Shown here in pieces: positions 28,301 through 62,145 of a DNA stretch of 64,000 nt; position 1 is the stretch's first letter, and each line of letters opens with the position of its first letter. This DNA comes from Hydrolagus affinis (lineage: Eukaryota). Below the pieces are notes generated by a model. It saw only the letters and a list, made by a program, of their open reading frames with translations, was not told the origin of the DNA and searched no databases. The stretch covers positions 1 to 64,000 of the forward strand of contig JAAILG010001112.1 of NCBI GenBank assembly GCA_012026655.1. Direction: 5' to 3'. The translations under genes and the position numbers were made by a program.

Positions 28301-31300
28301 TAATCTGTGTTTGAAACAATCAACATTTCCTGCTTCAAATTCTCCATGGAGTCTGTTCCACAGGTTCAGTATTCTCTCACTAAAAGTGTTTGCTTAGATT
28401 TGTTCTGAATTGAACCCCCCCGCCACCCACCACCACACACACACTTCAATTGTTTTACTATTCTGGACAAGTTGAAAAAGGCTGTCATTTATCTATATTG
28501 TCTAGCCTTTTTAGAATCTGAAAGACAGCAATCATGTTAAAGATGCATCACTTTGCTGAAGAACAAATGGTTTGAATTGCATTTTTGTGGCTTTATCTTT
28601 TTATGCTGTATTGTATTCAGAGACCAATTTAAAAACTGCTAATTAAGTTGCTCAATTTATGGAGCAGGCAATTCAAGTCACTTGGAAAAGTGAGTATAAT
28701 TGCAGGGAATTAAGGCTCTTAAGTTACAAAAAGAGTCTTTTCCTGTGTGTGTCTTTTCTTGATCAGTTCATGATCCAAATCCTTTAAGCACAGATGTAAC
28801 TATAATTAACACTGAAGAACTGTACAACTGATCTGTATAAGTAGTGTCTCAATTGACTTTGATCAGAACAAGCCAGAATCTCCAATTGGTTGAACACACA
28901 TAGCAAAATTAGGTACATCTGACTGCTAATGAAATTCAATATCTAAAGATTAGTATAAAGATTAAAAGACATGTATTTTGCAATTTCAATAGTGCATTAT
29001 CATGTCACTCAAAATGCTTTTCAGTAATTACTGTTTTCCTAAGTGAGCATAACAGCCATCTTACAAGGTTTCTCAGGCCTGAGACGAATGACTGATTTTG
29101 TCTGGAGGATTGTTTGACAGAACATGGGGAAAAATGCAATTGTTTTAATGTTCTAACCAAATGATAACCCCCTCAGATAATGTAGAGCTCCACTCCAAGG
29201 CCTGATATGTGTAGCTAGGATTCTATCTAAATATGGTTCTGTCCTACCTTACTTCTGCAACCTTCTCAAACGATTCCCTTTGTTTGGTTGAATGCTTCAC
29301 ACCTGCCCCACCAATAGCAATCAGACTTTCAGCCTAGCTGCCTCCACTCCATCCTAGAATCCTGTCAGGCATCTTTCCCTACTCCCCTTGGCCCCCTGTT
29401 GACATGAACATGCAGACGGGACCTTAGGTTAACATCTCTTTAAAGGAAGCCATGTCCAACAATACAGGCTCCCCCAGCACTGCACTAAAGTATCAACCTT
29501 TACTACAAATTCAAAATCCCAACTTGGGGCTTGAATCCATGATCTTCTGTCTCCAAGGCCAAAGTGCTATAAACTGAGCCAGCTTGGCACCTTCAATATT
29601 TGTGCAGAAACTAGTCGCCTGCAATGAATTGTGAGATTTATGCATTCTATAGTTTTGACTTAATTTACCAGAATTTTCCTTCAGAGCTATAAATAATAAC
29701 TGTTTGTATTTGGTTTGTGGGCTCGTCCATCACAGTGATCTCTTTATTCCCTTAAAATCCAGGTTCCGAATTCTTCTCAATACACTGCTGAATCTTATCC
29801 CTACAATGTTAACATATGCAGTACTTATTGTGGTGAGTAGTAACTGGTGAATTGTTTTGTAACTGAGGAACCTGAGTAGGAATTATATTTTAGATGAATA
29901 TTTATTAGAATAGGAAACTTCTTGCTTGTCAGCCTCCCCCATCTCCTCCCTTCTCAGGCTATAGATCATCCAGAACTCTGCAGCCCTTGTCCTCTCCCAC
30001 ACTAGGTTCTATGACAATATTACCCCCACCCTTGCCTGACTCTACTGGCTTCCCATCACACAGAGATCACCTTTGAGATCACCTTCAAAGCCCCTCCATG
30101 GCCTTGCTCCCCACTATCTCTGCGACCTCCGAACCCCCTGCCCACTCCCTCCACTCGGCAGGCCAGCCTGCTTCACGTCCCCCGCATCGCTTGCCCCACC
30201 ATTGGTGGGCAGACCTTCAGCCACTCTGCCCTCACTCTCTGGAACTCCATCCCACAGTCCCTTCGCCTCGCCCCATCCCTTGCCTCCTTCGAGACCCACC
30301 TCTACGCCCTCTGTGCTTTCGATCAACCTCTATTCAGTCCCCCGTCCTCCACCCTCTCCACTCCCCAGCCAAAGTCCAGAATACTCTCTGTCCAGTGCCT
30401 TGGAATGACCTCCCACTGTGTAAAGAGATATACAAATGTAATTTTATTGTTGTAGAAGGATCATGGCAGATCTTCAATTCCCATACCCCTTAACACCGTT
30501 ACTACCAACTATCCTTAATACCAATTATCTTATTTCCTTTTAAACAATCCCATTTGATTGTGCATCTACTGTAACATGTTATTCAATGGGAATTTAAAAA
30601 AAAATATGGATGAAAACTGACTGGTGTTTATTCTGTTCAGGTTGTGTATTATACATTTGCAATAATTGGAATGGAGGCATTCAAAGGTAGAATTCGATTT
30701 TATGGATCCAACTCAAGTGACCCTGCGGCTAATTACTGTGGAAATCCAGCACTGAAGGGCACTCAGTTTGCTGCTGATGGATACTGCAAGAACAACTTCA
30801 ACAACATTGTTCACTCATTCGTTTTGCTGGTTGAATTGACCATTGTGAATCAATGGCATAATATCCTTTTGGCAGTGAAAGATAAAAGAAAATCTGTTTC
30901 TGAAGCATGAATTCTGGATAAATGAAATTGAGCATGAAAGTTCACTTAAATTTATTTTTCTAGCAATGGAACTCCAGTGGCAAAAATTAGTGAGACAAAA
31001 ACACAATAGAATTAATAAAAAGGGGGGAACCTTGATGTCTTAAATGGGGTTATTTTGGACAACGTTACCATTTCATATAGCATAAAGCTATGCAGGCCCA
31101 AAGGTTATGGGTTTAATTTAGCCTGTGATTTGTTTGCTGGTACAGTATCAATCAGTATGTCAGCTTACCTCAGTTGGTTGGGCTCACATTTTGTGTCAGA
31201 AGTTTGTGGGTTAAAGATTACATTCTAGGTTGACACTTTAGTGCAGTGCGGGAGAACATTAAGCTAAGTGTTCATCAGTCTGTTCAGGTAGATGTTAAAG

Positions 31301-33400
31301 AACCCATGGCATGATTTGAAAAGAAATAGGAGTTTCTCCCATCCACCTAGCCTCCTGAAAATGAATGATTGTGAGACATTGCTGTTTGCAAATTAGTTGC
31401 CATGTTGAGTCACAAATAGGGTCCCTACATTGATCCATAATTACATTGTTAAGTGTTTTGAGACAACTTGATATTAATGGCACATTATAAAATTCTATTC
31501 TGGATTTCTGTAGCCAAGACCAATCAGAGGGAAGGCCAAGAGGGCCATTTGGTGTGGGCCTCAAGCTCAAAGGGGACCTCAAATTTAGGGAGGAATTCTG
31601 CTAATGTTTGTGGTCTAGGCTTGCACATGAAGAGCTAAAGATGTAGCTACCGAAGGCTGCTGGTGTTTCTGAAACTGTGGCCCAGCCTGTGTTGGTGGCG
31701 CTATAGAAATGTAATTTTGTTTTATTGTATCTTTTGAGTCACAGCACATTTTCTAACACAGGATAGATTTTGTTTGATTGTTCCTTGACTATATAGTACT
31801 TATCGCAACCGGATTTGTGGCGGTAACGCATTTGATTACAAGGGTCTACTTTGTTATATTTCATGTTGTGGTCGTCATTGTATTTATCAAGTAAGTTCAA
31901 TATAATGAGTTTTAGAATGATCTAAATCTGTGTGGGAGTTGAATGATCGATATAGCTGCATTAATCCTCTTCCTCTTTAAAAGTATCTTTATAGCGTTTG
32001 TCTTGGAAGCTTTCTTCGTGGAGCACTCACTGGCTAGGAGTGCAGTAGAAACTGCAGTTGAGAAGAAAATTCAGGAGTTGGGGATAGGCATCTATGAGTA
32101 AGTAAGCCACTGCACAGAGATTCTGATCATCAACAATGTCATTTATGCTAAACCTTCTGTATCTATTGTGTTCCAGCGATCAACCGGATGGGCAGTTAGT
32201 TGAAGTTACAGAGATGATCGAAAATGATTCTAGTATTGAGGATACAAAGCCGGAAAGCAGACTGAAGTTCAAAATAGCTTCGATCAGTCAGTATTCATTT
32301 TATTACATTAAGAGTTGAAAAATATAGTTGGTCAAATTCGTTAATTATTCTTTGCATAAAAGTTTTTGTGCATCAGAAGCTTTGGATGTTGTTCCCACGT
32401 AATTGTTTATCACCAGTTTGTCCGAGGAACAGGACAAATGTGCTGGTGTGTTTTAATGCTCTATAAGTCAGTACAAAAATGGTGACAGTCAGCTAACGGT
32501 TGTGAATGGATAGGAAGAGTTTGTTACTTTTAATCTATGAGCTCATATTTGGAGCAAGAGAACTGTACTGAGCAAATATAAATCTTAATCTTGTAACTAT
32601 TTTTCTTCCTGTTCAAAATTAAGTCTACTGATTTCACAAATCAATGGAAAAGATCTATAATAATTGCATAAGTCTGCACTGCTATTCACAGGGATCTCAC
32701 TCAAATCAATGCAACTTTTCAATAAAAATTAAACTGGCTGCAAATGTGGTTAATGTCTCCTTCCAGTACTACTAGTCCTACCAACCAATCACATTTTAGA
32801 TCTTGCAGTTATCATTTTGTGTCTAGACTAAAACAATACTTTTAAATCACTCCAGTCTTGCCCCACCCTAAATCTGTAACCTTATTAAAACCAACCCACC
32901 CACTGCCTTCACACATGTTTCGGGTCTTTTCCCCAACCATCCCACCATTAGTGGTTCCACCTATCTGCCACCACTCTCTGGAACTCTACTCTGGAGTCTC
33001 TTCCCTCCTTCAAGGTCAATCTCAAGACTGTCCTCTTTCTCTGTGCTTTTGATCATCCTTTCCATTTCCCATTTCCCAACCCTCTTGAATCCAACCCTGG
33101 GCTCTCCTGCCGTTTGGGACAAGAAAATTGCTATGTAAATGCAAGTTGTTGCTGCTTCAGCATTAGCGTTGGTGAGACAAGTCATTATTGTATTTATTGA
33201 TGATTCTCGTTCAGAGCTTTTGGTGTGGAGATAACAAACTGTCCTTTGTTGCAGGATACAAGACTGTTGATACTTTGCTACAGCATATGTTTGAGGGGGA
33301 GCTGAAACCAAACAATCAACTGCCAACTTTGGAAGAGATTGAGAATCTTTCACCAGATGACATGGTGCCACAACAACCTACTTTTGATTCTATTGCATAG
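4190..33400 (+). CDS. tpcn3: Two-pore channel 3 (TPC3), complete 19-exon gene, 2349 nt CDS / 782 aa
   Basis: Hand-spliced exons 4190-4309, 8238-8320, 13173-13287, 14502-14630, 14998-15114, 16263-16381, 18213-18314, 19568-19694, 21360-21561, 22258-22402, 23941-24126, 24202-24266, 27598-27685, 29763-29832, 30641-30860, 31800-31890, 31984-32097, 32177-32286, 33255-33400. Phases are all compatible with no internal stop. TPC3 motifs: [39 protein letters not shown] (pore I), [27 protein letters not shown] (pore II), C-terminal FDSIA. Confidence 0.95.
4320..4950. repeat. Low-complexity (CACT/CTAA) minisatellite at the start of tpcn3 intron 1
   Basis: Repeated ACTCACTCATTCACTAACAA units; interrupted by an L2 tail at about 4783-4842. 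Confidence 0.85.
5460..5830 (+). mobile_element. Old Deu-domain SINE (AmnSINE1/SacSINE1-like)
   Basis: Degenerate core TGCATTGTCAGAGATGCC..CAGATGGATCTTAAATATCCTATTGCACTATT..TGTCCTAGCCAAC; related copies near 29395-29590, 31165-31500, 50810-51270, 62150-62345. Confidence 0.65.
5833..6088 (+). mobile_element. tRNA/L2-tail SINE copy
   Basis: Same family as 901-1216. Confidence 0.8.
7470..7735 (+). mobile_element. Degenerate LF-SINE-like element
   Basis: CCAGGTTCAGTTCCTGGATTGTGTTGAGTTAG..ATCCAGGATTCCTAATCCAGAT..CTGCTGACACT resembles the LF-SINE consensus as recalled; not searched. Confidence 0.45.
8238..8320 (+). CDS. tpcn3: TPC3 exon 2 ([28 protein letters not shown])
   Basis: ttaacag acceptor, AG|GTAAGT donor, conserved SDAQYNRN. 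Confidence 0.93.
10668..11408 (+). mobile_element. Young 5'-truncated CR1 with an uninterrupted ORF2 C-terminus
   Basis: [49 protein letters not shown], stop at 11322, CR1 3' UTR hairpin and ATTCT tail. Confidence 0.93.
12285..12428. mobile_element. One terminus of the hAT-like MITE family seen at 45160-46240
   Basis: CGATAT subterminal repeats ending GATATATCGCCGGACACTA, nearly identical to 46110-46240. Confidence 0.8.
13173..13287 (+). CDS. tpcn3: TPC3 exon 3 (IS1: FYKVYNHW...[13 protein letters not shown])
   Basis: tttcttag / gtgagt boundaries, YNHW and FEEPA motifs. Confidence 0.95.
13340..13605 (+). mobile_element. tRNA/L2-tail SINE copy
   Basis: Same family body and tail. Confidence 0.8.
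14502..14630 (+). CDS. tpcn3: TPC3 exon 4 (IS2-IS3, FWKDAKN)
   Basis: aacag / gttagt, 129 nt phase 0-0. Confidence 0.95.
14998..15114 (+). CDS. tpcn3: TPC3 exon 5 (IS4, [10 protein letters not shown]...ESRQ)
   Basis: tttaag / gtaggt, S4 arginine repeat. Confidence 0.95.
16263..16381 (+). CDS. tpcn3: TPC3 exon 6 ([17 protein letters not shown]5)
   Basis: cctgtag / gtgaga. Confidence 0.95.
17075..17510 (-). mobile_element. Penelope-like retroelement 3' remnant (GIY-YIG C-terminus plus pLTR)
   Basis: Minus strand encodes [24 protein letters not shown]; pLTR ATAGATGTTGCCTGACCTGCTGAG with a degenerate hammerhead core. Confidence 0.78.
18213..18314 (+). CDS. tpcn3: TPC3 exon 7 (pore [15 protein letters not shown])
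   Basis: tttacag / gtatgt, TTAN filter. Confidence 0.96.
19568..19694 (+). CDS. tpcn3: TPC3 exon 8 (IS6, [14 protein letters not shown])
   Basis: ttttcag / gtatgt. Confidence 0.96.
21360..21561 (+). CDS. tpcn3: TPC3 exon 9 (cytosolic EF-hand-like linker)
   Basis: ttttcag / gtgtgt, [21 protein letters not shown]. Confidence 0.95.
22258..22402 (+). CDS. tpcn3: TPC3 exon 10 ([12 protein letters not shown]...VVKHR)
   Basis: ttccacag / gtatgt. Confidence 0.95.
22462..22835 (-). mobile_element. tRNA/L2-tail SINE, long subfamily with an extra central module
   Basis: Family head and tail plus GCCTCTGGTTACCTAGCAGTAAATAAG insert shared with the 62770-62975 copy. Confidence 0.8.
23426..23888. mobile_element. 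Two adjacent SINE copies in opposite orientation
   Basis: Minus copy at about 23426-23705, plus-strand 3' half at about 23720-23888. Confidence 0.8.
23941..24126 (+). CDS. tpcn3: TPC3 exon 11 (IIS1-IIS2, KNQFWNW)
   Basis: ctccag / gtaagt. Confidence 0.95.
24202..24266 (+). CDS. tpcn3: TPC3 exon 12 (IIS3)
   Basis: ctccag / gtacgt, follows a 75-nt intron. Confidence 0.93.
25250..26400 (-). mobile_element. Degenerate L2 LINE (RT region and 3' end)
   Basis: [26 protein letters not shown] (YADD) on the minus strand; L2 tail near 25250. Confidence 0.85.
27598..27685 (+). CDS. tpcn3: TPC3 exon 13 (IIS4, [11 protein letters not shown])
   Basis: ctttcag / gtaaaa, three S4 arginines. Confidence 0.95.
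29763..29832 (+). CDS. tpcn3: TPC3 exon 14 ([17 protein letters not shown])
   Basis: atcccag / gtgagt. Confidence 0.94.
29925..30453 (+). mobile_element. L2 LINE 3' fragment
   Basis: [22 protein letters not shown]-type sequence, LWNSIP motif, AAATGTAATTTTATTGTTGT tail. Confidence 0.8.
30641..30860 (+). CDS. tpcn3: TPC3 exon 15 (IIS5 and pore [11 protein letters not shown])
   Basis: gttcag acceptor; ends at U12 donor ATATCCTTT. Confidence 0.95.
30861..31799 (+). other. U12-type (minor spliceosome) AT-AC intron
   Basis: 5' ATATCCTTTT at 30861, branch site TTCCTTGAC at 31781-31789, terminal AC at 31798-31799; splicing gives in-frame NQWH-IIATGF. Confidence 0.92.
31800..31890 (+). CDS. tpcn3: TPC3 exon 16 ([10 protein letters not shown]...IVFIN)
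   Basis: AC acceptor, gtaagt donor. Confidence 0.92.
31984..32097 (+). CDS. tpcn3: TPC3 exon 17 ([13 protein letters not shown]...KIQELGIG)
   Basis: aaag / gtaagt. Confidence 0.94.
32177..32286 (+). CDS. tpcn3: TPC3 exon 18 (C-tail, LKFKIAS)
   Basis: ttccag / gtcagt; phase matches the last exon. Confidence 0.88.
33255..33400 (+). CDS. tpcn3: TPC3 exon 19 ([13 protein letters not shown]...FDSIA stop)
   Basis: ttgcag acceptor, TAG at 33398-33400. Confidence 0.93.
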
Positions 33401-33644
33401 CTTTTGCTTACTTTAATTATTGAAGCATTCCATATTAATGTAGCAATTTAACTAGTTTCTATGCAGGAGAAATGGACTGTCTTTTCACCTATCTAGCATT
33501 GTATTTGTACAGTACTATTTCTTGAAAGCCAATGGATCTTACTGAGAAATTTCACTTAAATGTATATTGAACTTCAGTGGGATTAACTGGATATTTTTGA
33601 TGATTGTATACTTTTTTAATTGAAAAAAGATTTTCATATACTTC

Positions 33645-33703
33645 AATAAATGCAGCAAAAATATTTCAATCCTTTCACAATGCTTATTCTGTAACTAAAT
33701 AAA
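33645..33703 (+). terminator. Candidate tpcn3 polyadenylation signals
   Basis: AATAAA at 33645-33650 and 33698-33703, about 250-300 nt after the stop codon. Confidence 0.55.
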
Positions 33704-33994
33704 CCTTGTGGGGAAAGGTGCATTTTTTTTGGTAGCACTAAACACAGAGGTTTAACACTAAACACTTTCAATTACCTGTTACATTGTGAGCTGATCACTG
33801 CTGAGAGGGTTTTAACAGGTGGCAGCAATTTACCTCAGCCAGTCAGTGTTCTCTACCCCATTCTGAGACTTTTTTTTTGAATAGTTATGAATAGGACCAC
33901 AGATCTCTAGCACATCAAAGTGACTGGCAGTATTACAAAATGACCAATGGTTGGACGCTACTTTGGGTGAACGGTACTATATAATTGAAGACTT

Positions 33995-35117
33995 TGGGAT
34001 TAAGGGAACAGTGGATGCATGATACAAAATTGGCTGGGAGTCAGAAAACAGAGGTTAGTGGTGAACTGTTTTTGAGACTGGAATATGTAGTGGTATCCCC
34101 CAAGAGTTGGTATTAGGACCACTGATCTTATAAATAACCTGCATTTGGGTATAGAGAACAACATTTTTAAGTTTGCAGATGATACAACTTGGAAATATAG
34201 TATAGTGAGAATAGTAGCAGCCTGTAGAAGGACATAGACAGTCTGGTGAAATGGTCAGACACATGGCAGATAGAATTTAATGCAGAAAAGTGTGATGTGG
34301 TGCATTTTAGGAGGAATGAGAAGTAATATAACAAAAGCAAAATTGCATTTGTATAGTGGCTTTCATGTTGTGAGGACGTCCCAAGACGCTGGGAATATAA
34401 GATATGTTTATATACGATAAATGTTACAATTTTATAGAGACCAAAGGGTTCGCATACACATCTTTAAAGGTGGCTGGACAAGTTGACGTAGATGCTTTTT
34501 TTTAAAAAAAAAGCATACGGGATCTTTGGTTTTATAGAGACATAACTATAAAAGGAAGTTATGTTGGAACCGTTACAAACCACTAGTTAGGCTTGAGCTG
34601 CTGATTTGTGTTCCTGGCATCACACTTTAGGAATGATATCAATGGCTTGGAGAGGCTGCAGAAGAGATTTACAAGTGATACCAGGGATGAAGGACTACAA
34701 TTGTGTGGAGAGATGAGAGGCTGGGATTATTCTCCCGAGAGCAGAGGTTGAGGAGAAATTTAATTGAGACATTCAAAATTCTGAAGGATTTGGGTAGAGT
34801 AGAAAGAGACAAACTGTTTCATTTGGCGGGTGGGTCGGTAATCAGGTGACACACATTTAAGATAATTGGCAAAAGAACCAAAGGGGACACAAGGAGATTT
34901 AGTTTTTACCCAGATTTGTTTTGCTTTCGAATGTACTGCCTGAAAAATTGGAAGCAGATTTATTATAGCTTCAAAAGGGGACTGTCCAGGTATTTAAACA
35001 GGAAACATTAGTAGTGCTATGGGGTAAGAGGGGGCAGTGAGATTAGTTGGTAGCTCTCAGAGCTGGCACAAGCACAGTGGGCTGAATGGCCTGTGTTATT
35101 AAAAAAAAATTCTATAA
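33995..35117 (+). mobile_element. Degenerate CR1 3' portion in the tpcn3-bub1 intergenic region
   Basis: SGIPQ, KFADDT and LERLQKRF motifs, GGGCTGAATGGCCT 3' UTR; small L2 tail nested at about 34330-34392. Confidence 0.85.
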
Positions 35118-36536
35118 ATGCAAATTGTTGCCGTGGATGGTCCTCCAACTACACTGAAGGTAGATGTGTGTCAACTAGCTGATGTTTTATTTAACATCTA
35201 CCCAAACAGGCAGACAGCTCTTTCGTTTAAATTCTCATGTACTTCTGACAACTGTGTCAATCTAAATTGTAAACTGAAGCCCAGCTTGAACCCAGAACGT
35301 TACACTTGTATAGCGCCTTTCACGTCGATGGACAGTCATTGTGTGAGACCCGAGCTGGGGCCAGAGCCTGCTGACCACAGGGGACGGGCAAGTTGGTAAG
35401 AGGTTAAAGGTCACGGCAAGAGCCTAATGCACTTGAGCCAGGCTGCCAATAACATCTCAATCACACTTCGATCTCCTGTGAATATTGTACAAATTAGCCA
35501 AACGTGCTGCTCCAGGCTGACTCGTCTTAATCCACTGCAGCAGGTTGATACATTGGGCTGCGGAGAACAGCAGGTGCTGCATTGGAACTATTACACCTGG
35601 GTTTGACCACCAGTGAGGTGTAAATTAAAAATGGCACTTTATAGGTTGTGTGAAAAGGAATCTGTTGCCTTATGGAGCAGTACTTGCTACACCGGACCAC
35701 TTCCAGACACTGAAGTGTAATCGTGTAAAGGCAAGTAAGTGCATTACTGTATTGGAAAACTGGCATGTTCAGAACAAGCCATGTGGAAAAGATAAATCAA
35801 GAAATTAAGTGAATAAAATTGAAAAGTACTACATTTGAGGATCAATAGTGCTCCAGTACTGAAACAAAAGGGTTTCCTGGCAGGCTTTCGAAATGCATAA
35901 CTGCTGAGCCAGGTTTAGGAGCACTATGTTTTCTTGGTCAATGTCATCAACTATTAGGGAAGCTCGAATTGAGATGAGCTTAGCCTGAAAATGGCAGTTT
36001 AAACTCTAACAGTTTAAAATAGTCCTCTTTGAAGCAGGTAACTGCATCATCCATACAGCTGTCCAAACTCCACCATTGGTAATTCAGACTACTCATAAGG
36101 GTAATTCCAACTAACCAAAGGATAGCCAGTTCCATACAATGTATTGCTAACTCCGGAGGTGGCTCAACATCAATATGTGGCCAATTTGCTGTAGGCCTGC
36201 AAGGGTTGATTTGGTAGGTAAAGCACCTTTAACATCAATCAATCTTACATTTATATAGCGTCTTTCACGTCGAGAGGACGCCCCAAGGCACCGTACAGTC
36301 AGGTAGGGACAAGAGCAGGGTGGGAGGGGTCGGGGCAGGACGAAGAAGAGTAGGAAAATTTACTTAATTCCTTAATTACACATAAATACTAGAATGTTGA
36401 CCCTACTCTTTCTCATGATACAATTCTTCCCTTACATTGTTGCTTGCATGTGCAATTAACATCCATTCTCTGTACAGTACTAGAAGGGAGTATTGTGGGT
36501 TTGTGTATATAGGACTGCTTTTACTTGCAACAAATC

Positions 36537-36542
36537 TTTATT
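36537..36542 (-). terminator. Candidate bub1 polyadenylation signal
   Basis: TTTATT on + (AATAAA on -) about 920 nt past the stop codon. Confidence 0.4.
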
Positions 36543-37459
36543 AACACAAGAGCAATCGGAACAGTTTATGGATTTGGAAAGCTATTCATCTTAATTTCAG
36601 ATAGTTTAAAGTGAACAATGTTTGTGCTGATGATAAACAATTACACAATTTCTCATCAATGCTGCACTGGGCAAGTTTCCACAACCTCAGGAATCAACTG
36701 CTTTTCTCACAGAAGCCCAAATTGACTGGAGAATGTACACACTTGTACACTAGAAACCTCTTTTGAATTGAGCTCATTCAAAGCCACAAATATGAGCTGC
36801 ATTGGCTCCCTGGGTGAGCAAGCTTCACCCATAACCCTCCAGGTAACTGCTCTCTTTGAAGCATGCTTGTACACGGATAGATCAGCTGGAGAGCAGGGCA
36901 ATTTGTTAAAACTTTTCCATCTTGCAATTTTTTGGTTGGAGGGCGAAATTATTCTTTTCAATTTTGTCTTGAAAGAGCATTTTGAACTTTCCAATATTTA
37001 GCTAAAATGGGGGGGATAATGGTGGAATCACAAATACATCCACAATTAAAAACATAGCGGCTTAAATGTAATATTTCCTCCAGTCTATTGGTATCACTAA
37101 GCGAACTGAACCTAGTGACAACACTGCCATCTGCAGCCAATCTGATGGCAACAACCAGTTAACAGGAACAGTGGCTAGGGCAAAAGAACTCAATACAATT
37201 CACATTAAAAGAACAGAGAAATAAAATATTTCATCCCAATTAAGTCCCTCCTGGCAAGCGACAAAACAAAGCTTGGAAAATATGTATGGGAATAAACAGC
37301 ACAACTTTGGGTTTGATAGAACATAATTTAGGATAATTTCAGAAAAATGAAACACAGTAGATAATTAGCAATGGTTAACCACAACAGAAATTACATTCCT
37401 CCAAGACTGTACACTATACATAGTAGGATATGAATTATGGACAGCTTTTCAATTTACAC

Positions 37460-61236
<23,777 letters not shown>

Positions 61237-61494
61237 CTGAAAGAAAATACAAATTACAAGTTAATATACCACAAAACATTTCATGGAAACCACTCGCCAG
61301 GAAAACATGGAGCAAGCACATTAAAATCGAGTTTGTAAGTTTTGTTAATCGTACATAAAACCCAATTTGTAAATGATTACAGGCAATTCTGTCATAATTT
61401 TCTCTAGATAATTACATACTTAAGGACATTTGTGATTGCCTCTTTACACACAATAGACACAACTTGCAAATTATACCCCACTCCCTTTATCCAA

Positions 61495-62145
61495 AACAAA
61501 AACAGAAGTCGCTGAGAACACTCAGCAGGTCTGGCAGCATTTATGGAGAAAGGAAAATGCCCACGACCCTTTATCAAAACTCCTGAAATGTTGACTCACT
61601 TTTCCTTTCTCCATAGATGCTGCCTGACCTGCTGAGTGTTCCCAGCAACTTGTTTTTGTTTCAGATTTCCAAGATCTGCAGTATTTTGCTTTCCCCCTGC
61701 CCCCTTTTATCCAAAAGTTCTGTCTACAAATAATAGAAAAGTGAAAGACAAAACACTGCAGTAGCTAAAAATCTGAAATAAAATCAGACATTGCTGGGAA
61801 CAAACAGCAAGTCAGGCAGCATCCATGGAAATTAAGAAAATTAGTTAACATTTCAGGTCGATAATTTTTCGTCAGAACCGGGGGATGTTCGAAGGGAACA
61901 GATAAATACAATCAGGAGGGGACGGGGAAAGAAAGACAAAGGAAAAATTTAGGTGGGGTACAGGAGATGAGATCAGAAGTGTTGATGGTACAAGACAAAA
62001 TAAGGCAATAGTGGGAGATTACAGAAGTATCTGAATCTGCCACTATTGCCTTCTTTTGTCTTGCACCATGAATACCTCTGATCTCACCATTTTCTGTCCC
62101 CCACCTAAATTTTTCAGAAAGTCATCTCCCACTATTGCCTTCTTG
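61495..62145. mobile_element. Penelope-like pLTR cluster with inverted duplications
   Basis: Three copies of the GATGCTGCCTGACCTGCTG motif in both orientations; CTGACGA..GAAA core on the minus strand at 61851-61875. Confidence 0.75.

Noticed and set aside
30861-30910. Premature stop after NQWH suggesting a TPC3 pseudogene
   Set aside because: Explained by the AT-AC intron; the spliced frame is intact
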